Source: Lophium mytilinum (lineage: Eukaryota). Taken from it: a stretch of DNA of 64,000 nt. This document shows, in pieces, positions 51,564 to 64,000 of this stretch; the first letter of the stretch is position 1, and each line of letters begins with the position of its first letter. A program made the translations under genes and the position numbers. The stretch is taken from NCBI GenBank assembly GCA_010093605.1, contig MU004194.1, positions 906,323 to 970,322 on the forward strand. Direction: 5' to 3'. The notes beneath the pieces were generated by a model that saw only the letters and a list, made by a program, of their open reading frames with translations, was not told where the DNA came from and ran no database searches.

Positions 51564-52766
51564 GGTGGTGTGGAAATGTTAAGAATAGGAAACCAAGATA
51601 GAAGTTCTGTGGATAGCGTGGAAGTAAAGAGACTATCGAACTTGAAGAGAAATTGAATATGTATATTGTAGGAATTTTATAGAGCGTGCAAAAGCCAGTG
51701 AGTGAAGGTATTTAGTTGGTATATGCCAGGTGTCTATGATGGCTGCATACCAGCCACCGTGCCGACAGCGCACGCAAATAACGATGTCGAGTCCAGTCCA
51801 TGATGTCGCAGCCAACTACTAATACTGGCTCAATTCCGTAACACGTGTCCCTTCTCAAAGGAGCTTTGTGTGTTGCGCGAGGTGGGCGACCGCGCTGTTA
51901 TGCAGGTGCGTTGAGACCCGTATACCTACCTTTTGGTGCATATTATATCCGCCATGATGAGTTTATGGTACCCTTAGGACGACGCTGTAGAGGTAGCAAC
52001 TGTCTTCCATGTTCGAGGAGCGAGATTTGGTTGGATTGAATGGATTCATCTACGATAGCGTTCAGATGGTATAAATGACTGTCCGATCCCGGGCCGGGTG
52101 GGTAAAGACTGACGTACTTGCTCAGTCATTTGACTGATGGTACAATTGCGTGTCGGTGTAGCTCAGGTGCCATTTCGTGATAGGGCTGACGAATATGTTC
52201 GTCGTAAAAATGGCATACGGCCCGATGCGCTGCCTTGATTTGGACGAGGCAGAGGTCAGTAGAGTGGCTGCGATTCACATCAAGACAGGCCTGACTACGC
52301 AAGGCGAATGCATAGCAGCTGGGTAATAGGGTGGGTAGCTATCAACGGTATCAAGTTAGTATCTCGATACATGGAACTTGATAGTCTTGGGTACATTACT
52401 GACGTTGTTTGTGAACAAGGGATCTGCAGTTCGGCTGCTTCTACAGAGCTGTTCTACTATGATTCTCTATATCAGTTAGCAAGCTACATGACGTGAAATG
52501 CAATGCTATTAATCTCATTGTGCATCGACAAGCTGTTTTCGATCGACTGGCTCGTTGAGGCGTCGAGTAGGGTTGCGGACTTGAAGGGGATCAGCACAGC
52601 TTCATGATAGTAGGGTTGTCTTATGCTGACACAATGCGCCGAAACCACTCGAGCTTTCAATCTATCGAGTCTCGGAGAGCCTAGCATGAGAGGTTTCGGA
52701 TACTGTTAACAGATCGAAGACGGAAGAGATCGCTGATGTGAAAAGTTGAGCTATAAAAAATTGCAG

Positions 52767-53696
52767 CTAGCGGAAGGCCCATGGCCTCAATGGCTCCTGG
52801 CGGTGTCTCAAAAGCATCGCTTCGGTGCGCCGAGCTACCTTGCCGGGCAGATCCTGAGAAGATGGTCGAAACTTCCGGTCTCGGCGGAGCATTTCGGCAA
52901 CAACGCCTTGCAAGGACTCGGGGTATGAGGTTCCAATCGCCTGGTGGCTTGCAACCAAGTGATAATCTGGAACAGCGATTAGTCGGGCCATACAGTGTAA
53001 GACCAATCCTACTTGGAACACGTCACTGCGCGTGGAGTACGACGGTGCCTCTGGCGGTGCGAATGCTGGAGCCTGCCTGCTCACAAGTGGCGATGCGATA
53101 CCCTCCTTTATGTGTCGTTCCGAGACTGAGCATCCGAAGTCCCCAAGAACGACACGAGGATACAGACCGTCGCCTCGGGTCGAGAGAAAGACATTTCCTG
53201 GTTTTATGTCTCGGTGGACGATAGTGTTCCAGACAACAGGTGCCGCTCCCCCAGGCAGATATCCGTGGACACAAAAGCATAGTGCTTTACTAAGTTCTCC
53301 GAGCGTATGGTAAAGAAAACCTTGAGGCAGCAGCATGGATCTACGCTTATACCGCTCAATAAGTGTATCCAGAGCCCCGAGTTCGTAGTGTTCAAGATAG
53401 ATTCTGGGAATGCATGCTGGTTGGAGCTCCCAATGGATGATCTGGCAGAGATTTTTCTGGCCCCTGAATTGTTTAAGTGCGTGGACTTCACGGCCTGCGT
53501 GGCCGTCGTGAACATCCCTCTGCTTAAGTCGCTTTTCAACGTATATCCGGCCAGATTGGTTTGACTGCACAAGATAAATGCCAGCGTTGCAGGCTCCGTT
53601 GTCGCCACCTTCTATGCTGAGTGCCTTCAGGACCCTGTAGCGATGCTGTTCTTGTGGGTTGACTGGGCAACGCGGTATTCCGAACCAGGACGGCAT
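52767..53696 (-). CDS. Divergent NIMA/NEK-like Ser/Thr protein kinase, tandem copy 3 (intronless)
   Basis: VEKR, REV, HRDIKPGNVFL, LGDFG, FAPPE, SDVFQVG. Confidence 0.88.
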   Translation of the reverse strand: MPSWFGIPRCPVNPQEQHRYRVLKALSIEGGDNGACNAGIYLVQSNQSGRIYVEKRLKQRDVHDGHAGREVHALKQFRGQKNLCQIIHWELQPACIPRIYLEHYELGALDTLIERYKRRSMLLPQGFLYHTLGELSKALCFCVHGYLPGGAAPVVWNTIVHRDIKPGNVFLSTRGDGLYPRVVLGDFGCSVSERHIKEGIASPLVSRQAPAFAPPEAPSYSTRSDVFQVGLVLHCMARLIAVPDYHLVASHQAIGTSYPESLQGVVAEMLRRDRKFRPSSQDLPGKVARRTEAMLLRHRQEPLRPWAFR

Positions 53697-54979
53697 TGTG
53701 AACTTGGTAATGGATGTGGTGTGTAAGATTGTGTGTCCAAGAGTACGATATGGAGGTGTGTAGGGTTGTTCGGTGCTGTGAGAATATACAGAACGAAAAT
53801 ATGAAGGGTATTTTGTATGCAGCGTTGAACGAGTCCCAAGTGAAAGTCAGAGCGTGCGAGCAGTGACTGCATCTAACCTGGAGATATGCGGACATGTGAA
53901 TGTTAAAAGAGAACTAGAATTGCAAGTGATAGTGTCTGGAGTGAAAGTATACATTAAGTGATCCTCTTTGCAAGTTGTAATCATAGCAGCAACGACAGTG
54001 AATGACAACCACGCCAAAGAGGCCGACTGTTAAGTAATGATACCGTCCATCAGCTCAGCGGACAGTATATTGAAGGACAAGGCTGCGTCAAATTAAGACA
54101 CATACAAGACGAAAACAATGAAAATCTTAGATAAAAGGCAGGGTATGTGTGTGTTGGAGGGCCATATCTGAAAGGCTCTTTTTCTGAGGGAGACAAATTG
54201 AAAAAACGCGGATGTCAGACAAACACATGTAGTATGGATTCTGCGCCGCTTTTTATACAAACTGTGTTCTGAATATGTTGAATAATTGCGTTCAGCATGT
54301 ACCGTATTATGCTGGCGGAAACTTTGCTGATGGATGCTGGTTGGCTGTATCAGCTGGAAACGGTTCAGGGCAGATTGCTGTCTGAACTGTATTGTGGCAA
54401 TCCGGGGCATGATTCGATGTGTCAGCTCTATCCTCTTTGCGGATATATGCGTGCCGGCTTGTTTCTGATGATGATGCTGGCAGCATAGGTGGCACTCAAA
54501 TTGATAATTGACGTATAGCCACATAGTAGGCAGGGCTAGGCCGCACAGATACACTTTCCGGTAGGGGACAAAGATATAGCTAGACATGTGAACAGAGCTG
54601 GCTACGAGGCAGATCAAACGTAAGCAATACAGAGGCGATACTGCTCAGATTGCGTTGCATACTGTTTGTTTCACTCGCATAGAAAGGATTAACATCGTTC
54701 ATGCCACACCCACAGAACAAATGCAAGTGAGGTGTAGGAGCTTGTACTTCCCTACATGATCTTCTGGAACTTACTAACAAGCTTGTCTGTAAGGCTCTTC
54801 TTCTCGACTACTATCCTACACCAATGGTGATGCTCTGTTGGTAGGGGAGTAACCTGGAGTTGATGCCAATGACGATGTCGGAGGCTGAGAATTGCTTGGC
54901 ACACCAGATCGCGGTTTGGCTACCCCCGCAAGGGGACGACTATTCCATCCTGGACTACATACCCTCCACCACCGTCAAT

Positions 54980-55975
<996 letters not shown>

Positions 55976-56772
55976 GAAACGATGTCAAAAAGGGTCTCTT
56001 TGGGTGGCATCAGGTCAAGGGTGGGTTTCATAGGTGCTGAATATTAGCGGGAGTTGGGCGTTCTCCTTCTTCAACCGTCAATACTTAGGTTTGACAGAAG
56101 CTTTGGAAACTTAGAAGGGATAGCTCCACAAGCCCAAAAGAACCTGATCTGCACTTTCAACCTACATAGGTGGTGCTTGTTTTCAAGTAAGCTCGAAGCG
56201 GTATGCTTACTTGGTTCCTGAATTAGTAGGCTCCTCTTTAGAATGGTAGACAATGGCCTTCGCTCTTCAGCATCTCCGCTACCTAATCTCTGCGAGTGCG
56301 CCAATGGTACAGATACCGTACGTGTTCTCAGATCCGCTCTCTCATCGTCCAATCGAAAAAAAACGTGAAGCACTCTGCACAATGTTCATCTCACTTTCTT
56401 CTTCTACGAGACTTTTGAGAAGATGCTTGTTGACGAATTCTATTTCACTTTATGATAGCGAAGGGAGTTGATGAGGACCGTAAGCCAACGCCTCGGTAAT
56501 TTCCTGCTAGTAAGACGGAGAGTATACATTGGAAAGACGCAAAACACATTTCACCTCTGAGAGATACACTGCGTTGGTGCTATTTGCTGGCAAAGGCGGT
56601 GATTATGCCGTGGCATTGGGAAGGCGCCAACGCGGCGCAATCTCACGATACCTACCTTCGCACTCGTCAACCGTATCGCGCCACTTCTTCGCCCTCTCCT
56701 GCGTCGACTCGCGCGTTTGTTGTATAATGAGCTGCTAGTTCTAATTGAGCGACACCATCTACCACCGGCACC

Positions 56773-58593
56773 ATGAGCTCAGCCCACAGCTGCATCGACG
56801 ACGGCGCCGCCTTTACCGGGCGTCTTCGACCCGGACACCGTCCCGCGTCACTATACCAAGTTGCGATCAGGAATGCGCACGACCTCAATAATGCCGAACC
56901 AAGCCCAATTACCAAAGTCGACAGATGGGTTCACGCAATCGACGATGGGCCTCTATCTCCGGTAGACAACCGTCCCGGCCGCTCGAAGACTACTCCGAGA
57001 TTTGTCAACAGGAACCTGGGATCGGAGGCAGGTACTGATCTCCTGAGCTATATCGACGACGGCGGAGAGATTATGGCGCAAGACCAGAAGGTACATGCTG
57101 CCCAAGCCACCACTCAAAGACGATACTCCGCTCCACCTCTTGTACGACCCAGTCTCACGGCTCTCCGAATCCCCAAAGTCCAGCCTACTACACCCCAAAT
57201 AAGCAAGGACCAATCGAAATGGACGAGACCCAGAAATGTCTCTCAGGTGCACTATCCTGAAGTTGAGAAGGCAGCGCTGCAAGATATCCGTAGCACAATC
57301 AGGAACATCGAATCGCTCGCCGCCACAGTGGTAGCCGCAAGAGCGCCGAAGAGCATCCGCTCCATACGTACCATCACTCCCCCCAGCTTACCTACCTTCA
57401 TCATCAAGGCCAGTAACCGCGACGCGTCTGTAGTTGTCGACGGGCGCGGTGCGCCGATACGGGAACGATCCTCATCTCGAAGGAGTTCAGGCAGTGATCG
57501 AATGCCGAATGATGAAGCTATCGAGCTACCTGAGTATCCCGTATTCGCCAACAAAGTTCGCCCTGTGCCTAAAGCGGCTAAAATCAAGTCTAGGAAGGAG
57601 CACCAGGAGGGCAATGACTTCGGCTTGGGTGATTGGGATGCCGAGCCGAAGAATGAAGGATACCATGGTGGTAACGATACTGGTCAACGCAACCAGAAGG
57701 AGAACAAAAAAGGGAAGAAGCAGCAGGGGCAAGCAAACCTGAAGCAACAGGCAAGCAAGAAGCCCGCGTCGTCTTCGTGGGCTGAGAAGAAGGACAACGA
57801 CGGAGATGCTTGGGGTGGCAATTTCGAAAACGATGACGATGGTCTTGTCATTTCACCGGATATTTCGCCCCCTCCTTCTGATGCTGATGTGTGGATGAGT
57901 GGCGGTCTGGGAATACCGTCCCCACCGGCATCGGTCACAGGTAAGGAGTCCGCAAAAAAGAAACAGAGCGAGAGCCAGAAAGGCAAAGGAAAGGGTACAC
58001 TGAGTGCGGGAGCAAAGAAAAGCACAGGAGGTGGCAAGAAGGAAAAGAAGGGCAAACAGGGCAAGCAATCGAACCAGAATAGGCTGGACACCATTCTTGA
58101 AGCCGTCGAGAATGATGCCAAGGCCAAAACTGCCGATGACAGTACCCTTTGGGCTAACGCTGGAGCTGCAAGCATGCAGGCTGGCGATACATATATGCCA
58201 TGGCCTACTATTTCTCAGCAACAAACCGGGATGGCTATGCAAATGGCACCCCCGGATGTCCCTCCACAGCCATTCGCATACGGATACGGTTTTCCTGTCC
58301 CTGTTGGAGCGCTGCCGACGGGTATTCCTACTCCAGACGCTAACGCCTCTATCCCAAACCCTGATGCCGAGGATCAGAATCCCAGCCAGTCCAACTACAA
58401 GGCTCCTACTGTCGAGACGGTGTCTTCTAGTCCATCCAAAGGCAAGACAACACCCGTACAAGGTAGCCAAGGTTCGCCACGAACGCCAGGCGGTAGAAGA
58501 AAGAATGGATACGATGACGATGAAGGGTATACGAATGCTGTCTGGGGCGGCATTCCCGTCAGAGTTGCAGAATGGAGGCTCAGCAAGCCGTGA
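56773..58593 (+). CDS. Intronless 606-aa low-complexity/disordered hypothetical protein
   Basis: Long ATG-initiated ORF with Lys/Gln-rich and Pro-rich segments; no recognisable domain. Confidence 0.65.
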   Translation: MSSAHSCIDDGAAFTGRLRPGHRPASLYQVAIRNAHDLNNAEPSPITKVDRWVHAIDDGPLSPVDNRPGRSKTTPRFVNRNLGSEAGTDLLSYIDDGGEIMAQDQKVHAAQATTQRRYSAPPLVRPSLTALRIPKVQPTTPQISKDQSKWTRPRNVSQVHYPEVEKAALQDIRSTIRNIESLAATVVAARAPKSIRSIRTITPPSLPTFIIKASNRDASVVVDGRGAPIRERSSSRRSSGSDRMPNDEAIELPEYPVFANKVRPVPKAAKIKSRKEHQEGNDFGLGDWDAEPKNEGYHGGNDTGQRNQKENKKGKKQQGQANLKQQASKKPASSSWAEKKDNDGDAWGGNFENDDDGLVISPDISPPPSDADVWMSGGLGIPSPPASVTGKESAKKKQSESQKGKGKGTLSAGAKKSTGGGKKEKKGKQGKQSNQNRLDTILEAVENDAKAKTADDSTLWANAGAASMQAGDTYMPWPTISQQQTGMAMQMAPPDVPPQPFAYGYGFPVPVGALPTGIPTPDANASIPNPDAEDQNPSQSNYKAPTVETVSSSPSKGKTTPVQGSQGSPRTPGGRRKNGYDDDEGYTNAVWGGIPVRVAEWRLSKP

Positions 58594-60027
58594 CGGCCTG
58601 AAGTTGCGAGAAAATGCGAGGTCGTTCCACTAGGTGTACCTCATGAACTGGAAGAGATGAACAAAAGGGCAACAAAGGTGCTGTTAAGCGTTGATTGGGA
58701 ACGGGCAGTATGGGAGATTTGGTATCATAATGAGCAGTGCTTTCTGACACATGACAGAAATGGTACAATCTACCTAGGTATTTAGACCATATCACGAGAT
58801 TACGCAGAGGGCAATGCAGGCGGAGTGGAAGAAGCCCCGAGGTCGTACAACAAGATAATTAGGTACCAGATGGTTGCTAAGAGGAATGAAGAATATGTAC
58901 TCCACGCCTTCGTTCTACTCCATGCACGTAGAAACTGGCTACCATCTACCCAGTTATTTCACTTTCCGACTACCTCCTATAACTGTGTAGTCTTCCCTGG
59001 TCATCAGCTTCATATGGCTGTCATCCATGAAGTTATCATAGTTAATAGTCAGGGCCGCGCCTTATTTGTCGTACATACATGAACTTGGTGGGACACAGGC
59101 AATTTGCAAAGAAAAGGGCACAAACGGCATCGGAGTGACGTTTAAAAACCAGCTTAAGCTAGAGGATGATTGCTGGTAGAGGGGATAGCATTCTTACTTA
59201 GATCTAGTTGCATGTTTGCGATTTATTTGCTGTAGTTAATGTACCCCAGGGGGATCGGTACGAGGACAAATACAGGAGGCCGGAACAGTCTCGGCAATTC
59301 GTTAGCCGTTCCCCAAGTTCTCTGATCTAGCTTAAGCAGTCGGCGCCTGTAGATGGACTGGCGTCATCCTGCTTTGCGTGTGGTGCAGAGCAGATGCCTA
59401 TCATACCTAAGATCATTTAGCCTCATTTCACTGGCCATAGAGGTTAAAATTATAGAAGGAAGCAGTTGAACTAGGTATATAAGAGCTCTCATGTGCCGGG
59501 TCAGCGATGACGATGCTTATCGTACTTCTGGCGAATAGAAGATTCGTGTTATTACTACTGCAGGGGCAAGGAGACCAGAGCAGATTCAAAAGAGAGATGG
59601 GACTGAAGCGCTGGCGATGGCATGTTCGAGAATGCTAATTTGAACGAAGGACTTGTTCCTCATAAGACGATGAGATGAAGTCACGCAAGTGATAGGGAGA
59701 CGATGTTTTGGTGTAGTGAATAAGAGGGAGCACGCGGAAATAACCCGAAGTCACGTGATAATCTTGGCGGCGCTTCTTGTGGACCTGTCTGAGCCGCGTC
59801 TGGAGGTGTTCCATATTATCAAAGGCCCGTCGAAATTACTCCCTCACTACGCCCGCCATGAAACTTTGAGGATTCACTGACCGCATTCCTTCCAAGCCCT
59901 GCTCGTGATGAGGACCTCGGCCAACGCTTTCCTCACTTCATCATCGCTGCGTCCGTCCAAGCCTGCACTTCCTACCTCCAACGCCGGCCAGCCTGCCTGT
60001 CGCAACCACCACAGCACCTAGTCCACC

Positions 60028-62146
60028 ATGGAGGGTCAAGTACGAGAGCGGTGGGGCATCACTGAACCTGTGTCAAAATTGATGCCGGACGAGAAGGATC
60101 TGGAGGTCCACCGCCAGCTCATCGAGGAACTCAAACGGCAAAACAACTTTGAGTCGCAGGAAGCGACCGATCGAAGGTAGTGTTGAACATCCCCCCAGTC
60201 TCGTCATTTGCTGACCTATCACAGAGTCAAAGCCTTGAACCTCTTTCAGAAGGTCACCGAAGACTTCGTCCGCATTGTCGGCAAGGCAAAGGGTCTTTCG
60301 CAGTCCGCTGTTGACAGCGCCGGAGGAAAGATATTCACATTTGGGAGCTACCGCCTAGGAGTCTATGGTCCAGGTATGACTATCAACAGCTCAGCATGTC
60401 CAGTTTAAAACGCTCACTAATTTCCCAAATCGTAGGCTCCGACATCGACACTCTTGTCGTTGCGCCTCGGCACGTCACCTTCAAGGACTTTTTCGAGTAC
60501 TTCCCTCCGTGCCTGGAGAAACACTCGAAACCGGGAGACATCGAGGAACTCACCCCAGTCCCCGATGCTCACGTCCCTATCATAAAAATCGAATACTGCG
60601 GTATCAGCATTGACTTGATCTTTGCTGCTCTCCCATCAGCGTCTATCAAGCTATCGTTGGAACTGACGGAAAAGAACATTCTGCGAGGGTTGGACGAGAC
60701 TATGATGCGCAGTGTGAACGGAACCCGGGTTACGGACGAGTTGCTTCAATTGATTCCGCAAGCGAAGACGTTCCGACACGCAACTCGAGCGATCAAGTTA
60801 TGGGCCCAACGTAAGTTGCTTGGCGTTACGTCTTTTGATCGTAGCCTAACTTTTATAGGTCGTGGCATATATGGTAATGTCTTTGGATTTCCCGGTGGTG
60901 TCGCCTGGGCGATGATGGTGGCCCGTATCTGCCAACTGTACCCATACGCTTGCGGAGCTACGATTGCTGTCAAATTCTTTAGCATCTATGCGGAATGGCC
61001 ATGGCCACGCCCGGTATTGCTGAAGGCTGTTGAAGATGGAGCTTTAGGACTCAAAGTCTGGAATCCCCAGATTTATCGCGGGGACAAGCAACATCTCATG
61101 CCAATCATCACGCCTGCCTTCCCTTCGATGTGCGCCACCCACAACGTGACACATTCGACTAAGAGCGTCATCACGAAGGAGTTAGAGCGCGGGCGTTCAC
61201 TGGCCGGCCTCATATACACGGGAAAGAAGAGCTGGCACGACCTGTTCGAACGCCATACGTTCTTCACCAAGGACTACAAATACTACCTGAGTATCATTTC
61301 CGCAAGTACCACGAAGGAAGAGCAAAACATGTGGTCCGGTTGGGTGCAGTCTCGGCTGAGACTCCTTGTCAAGGGAATAGACGAATCTGACTCTGGAGTG
61401 GAAGTAGCGCACCCTTACTACAAGGCCACGGAACGATTTCACCGATGCAAGACTCAAGCAGAGAAAGACCGGGTGCTATCAGGAAGCGTGGAATTCGTTG
61501 TCAAAGAAGACAAGAAGACTACGGATGAAAAGGATCCGTCGAAGCCAACTAATGGAGACGACTCGAACGACGCTGAATCTATCACGATATACACCAACAC
61601 ACATTATATCGGGCTCAAGTTGCGCGAAGGTATGTATTCCTCTATTCCTGCTAGGCGGCTGGCTACTCATAATACTGTTAACACAGAGGGCGCCAAAAAA
61701 CTCGATATCTCCTTCCCAGTCTCAGACTTCAAGCGTCTAGTCACTAGTGGCACTAATTACGATGAGGACAAGAACGCTATTCGTGTAGTCCACACCCGAA
61801 GGCGTGTTTACCCGCCCCATTCACACTGTTTTTACATGCTGACCTCTCGAAGCTACGATCTGCCCCTCGATCTTTTCGAGGAAGGGGAAGTCCGACCAGT
61901 CAAGGTCAAGAAGGTCAAGGCCAAACCCGTGAAGCGGAGTTTTGCCGATACAGGCATAGACGTGCGTACCATTCTGAGAGAAGCCAAGTCACATTTCCCA
62001 ACTTGATTCAACTAACCACAATCGCACATCGAGCGGGTACATTGAGAGTTCATGCTGACCTATTCACTCACGCGTTTTAGGATACTCAGAGTAACTCCTC
62101 CAAGCGTCGATCAACAAACGGGGGGCCGACCCCTACTCCGTCCTGA
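60028..62146 (+). CDS. PAP1: Canonical poly(A) polymerase; 6 introns
   Basis: WGITEP, FGSYRLGVYGPG|SDIDTL nucleotidyltransferase motif, RSVNGTRVTD, AIKLWAQRRGIY, GFPGGVAWAMM, MPIITPAFPSMCATHN; last exon 62081-62146. Confidence 0.96.
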
Positions 62147-63754
62147 ATCACTGAGTAATCTTGTTCGTTCGGTAGTTTTTCCGCATCGCGACACGCGATT
62201 CCTCTCTCGAGCTTCCTGAACCTCTGACGACTAGTGACCACCTAGAGTGTCTCAGCACGCCCTCTCTCTCCGAAGACCCTCCGATTAGAGCTCGAGCTCT
62301 CCCAACTCACCGATACCGAACTTGCAAGATTTGTTGCGCCTCATTGCGTCAGGTTCCGACTCAGACGATGCTCATACCAGAAGGGGACTACCTTTGCAAG
62401 GTTCGTAAACTTGGGTTGAAAACTAACCACAAAAACAGCGAGAAAAAAAAATAGACCTGACTGAAGTATCCCTTCATAGTCAGAGGAGCTTCTCAGTTCA
62501 TTCAGAAAGCTTATTAGCCTATATAGTACGGTAATTTCCCAGCCTCAACGGTTCTACCTTTCTTTGTTGGCGTTAGGCAGTGGGACCAGACCCCGGCGTT
62601 GGTGGAGCGAGCGTACGTGTCTCTCCCGTGTGTTGCTCTGAGGGCGGCTTGGGATGGGGAAGTCGGGATATCGGTGGACTTTTAACAGGGGCGGTTCCCG
62701 ATGGAAAATGGTACCTTCTCTGTAGATATCTATCACAAAAAATTCAATGATTTCAAGGGGCCTACGGGTCTCACCAAAAATTCACATTCCCCGATTGCGT
62801 GTATGGGATGGTGAGGTTAAGGGGAAAAAGGACGCGGTTTGTTTCTAAATTCAGCATGCAAGTATTGTAAGTTTCTTCTCCGTCGCCAGATCCCCGCATG
62901 TATGCCCTTCTGACCCCCGTCCAGGAAGCTTGGCGCGATCTTGCATATTAAAGGAGCCGGGTCCGACGGGTCACGGGCCGAGTCGTGCAATCTCAACTAC
63001 AACTGAACCACAACCCACGGTTAGCGTCTGTCACTCTCTTGGGATGACGCTGGCTACTTTGACCTTTCGAGTCGTGGAGGGCGAGGAAGAGGATACGTCA
63101 TACAAATGAGATAAGGGAGGTATCTCTAGCTTATTGTGACTCGAGTTTCTCTTTGGATTACGATACTAGTGGTAGGATTCATGAATGTCTGGTCTCGTTT
63201 CATTTCATCGATAGGATATATTCCCCCACTACTGTGACCACGGACCCGGAGCAACTACAGAGATCGAACGACTATCGTATTATAAAGGGTCCTACTCTAT
63301 CATATTCCTTTTTTCTCTCAAAATCGTTTCTCCGGGGGTAATTTTGTCCCGTTACTCTTTCCACGTGAAGGCTCCAGGAAGAGGTCGCGGTCAGCCTGCC
63401 AAATAGCCTGGCGCTGGTTTATAGTAATTACCACACCTCCTTGATCCCATCTGAACTGTCCGAGTTCATGTTTTTTGCCTCCAATGAGCACGAAGAGACC
63501 ACAAATGACGCGGGGTTAGCGAGCATGGAGTCCCAAGGGAGAGGGCGAATATCGTGCCGTTAATATATACTTCGGCATTCAGGTGTTGTGAGATACTTGC
63601 TTCCGTGGCTTGCCGGCATGGTGGTATAAATGTACTCGAGCGCTTTCATTATAGATCTAGGTGTTGCATCTATAATCTCTCTCGACTTCCTTAACCTCAG
63701 TCAAGAAAAGAATCTACCTATCCTCTGCCAAGCTTCCCTCCCATCTCACCGACT

Positions 63755-64000
63755 ATGGCATCCCCATCCTATCTTCTCCTCCTCCCAATACTCTCCCACC
63801 TCCCCTCTATAGCCGCCCACGGCCACGTCACCGGCATCGTCGCCAACAACATCTGGTACACCGGCTGGAACGCCGAGATGAAATACCTCACCCCCATCCC
63901 CGCCACAGCCGGCTGGCCCTGCGACAACCTCGACAACGGCTTCATCGCGCCCTCGGCCTTCGCCACCGCCGACATAATCTGTCACAAGTCCGCGACCAAC
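63755..64000 (+). CDS. AA9 lytic polysaccharide monooxygenase, 3'-truncated by window edge (not in ORF track)
   Basis: MASPSYLLLLPILSHLPSIAA signal peptide followed by His-brace N-terminus HGHV, then WYTGW, GW...DNGFIAP, DIICHK; TATAAA at 63625. Confidence 0.92.
   Translation, partial: MASPSYLLLLPILSHLPSIAAHGHVTGIVANNIWYTGWNAEMKYLTPIPATAGWPCDNLDNGFIAPSAFATADIICHKSATN

Noticed and set aside
54093..54780. 174-aa ORF between kinase 3 and NUDT21, considered as a fourth kinase relic
   Set aside because: No kinase motifs seen in any listed frame

Overview
Eukaryotic, intron-containing DNA from a filamentous ascomycete (Pezizomycotina; Dothideomycete-like is my inference). About 24 protein-coding loci were reconstructed by hand from the ORF track plus splice signals. 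Housekeeping genes: glycogen synthase (3' part), a Trk K+ transporter, exportin-T (Los1), S-formylglutathione hydrolase, RPB6, CFIm25/NUDT21, poly(A) polymerase and the 5' end of an AA9 LPMO. Accessory content: (1) a Zn-finger/APH-phosphotransferase pseudogene next to TpA-rich, RIP-like DNA; (2) an ~18 kb group with no backbone synthase (TRI12-type efflux MFS, SDR, ABM-type barrel protein, F-box-like protein, PTH11-like receptor, P450, sugar-porter MFS); (3) a ~1950-aa protein with an OB-fold at each end and a long acidic linker carrying SIM-like motifs; (4) directly downstream, a tandem triplet of intronless, divergent NIMA/NEK-like kinases with a shared non-canonical Gly-loop, activation segment and C-terminal motif, with a 260-bp MITE (33-bp TIRs) between copies 1 and 2. 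Three GC-AG introns and a probable intron splitting a stop codon were also found. No tRNA, rRNA or CRISPR was recognised. Family assignments come from motif recognition only; no database searches were run.
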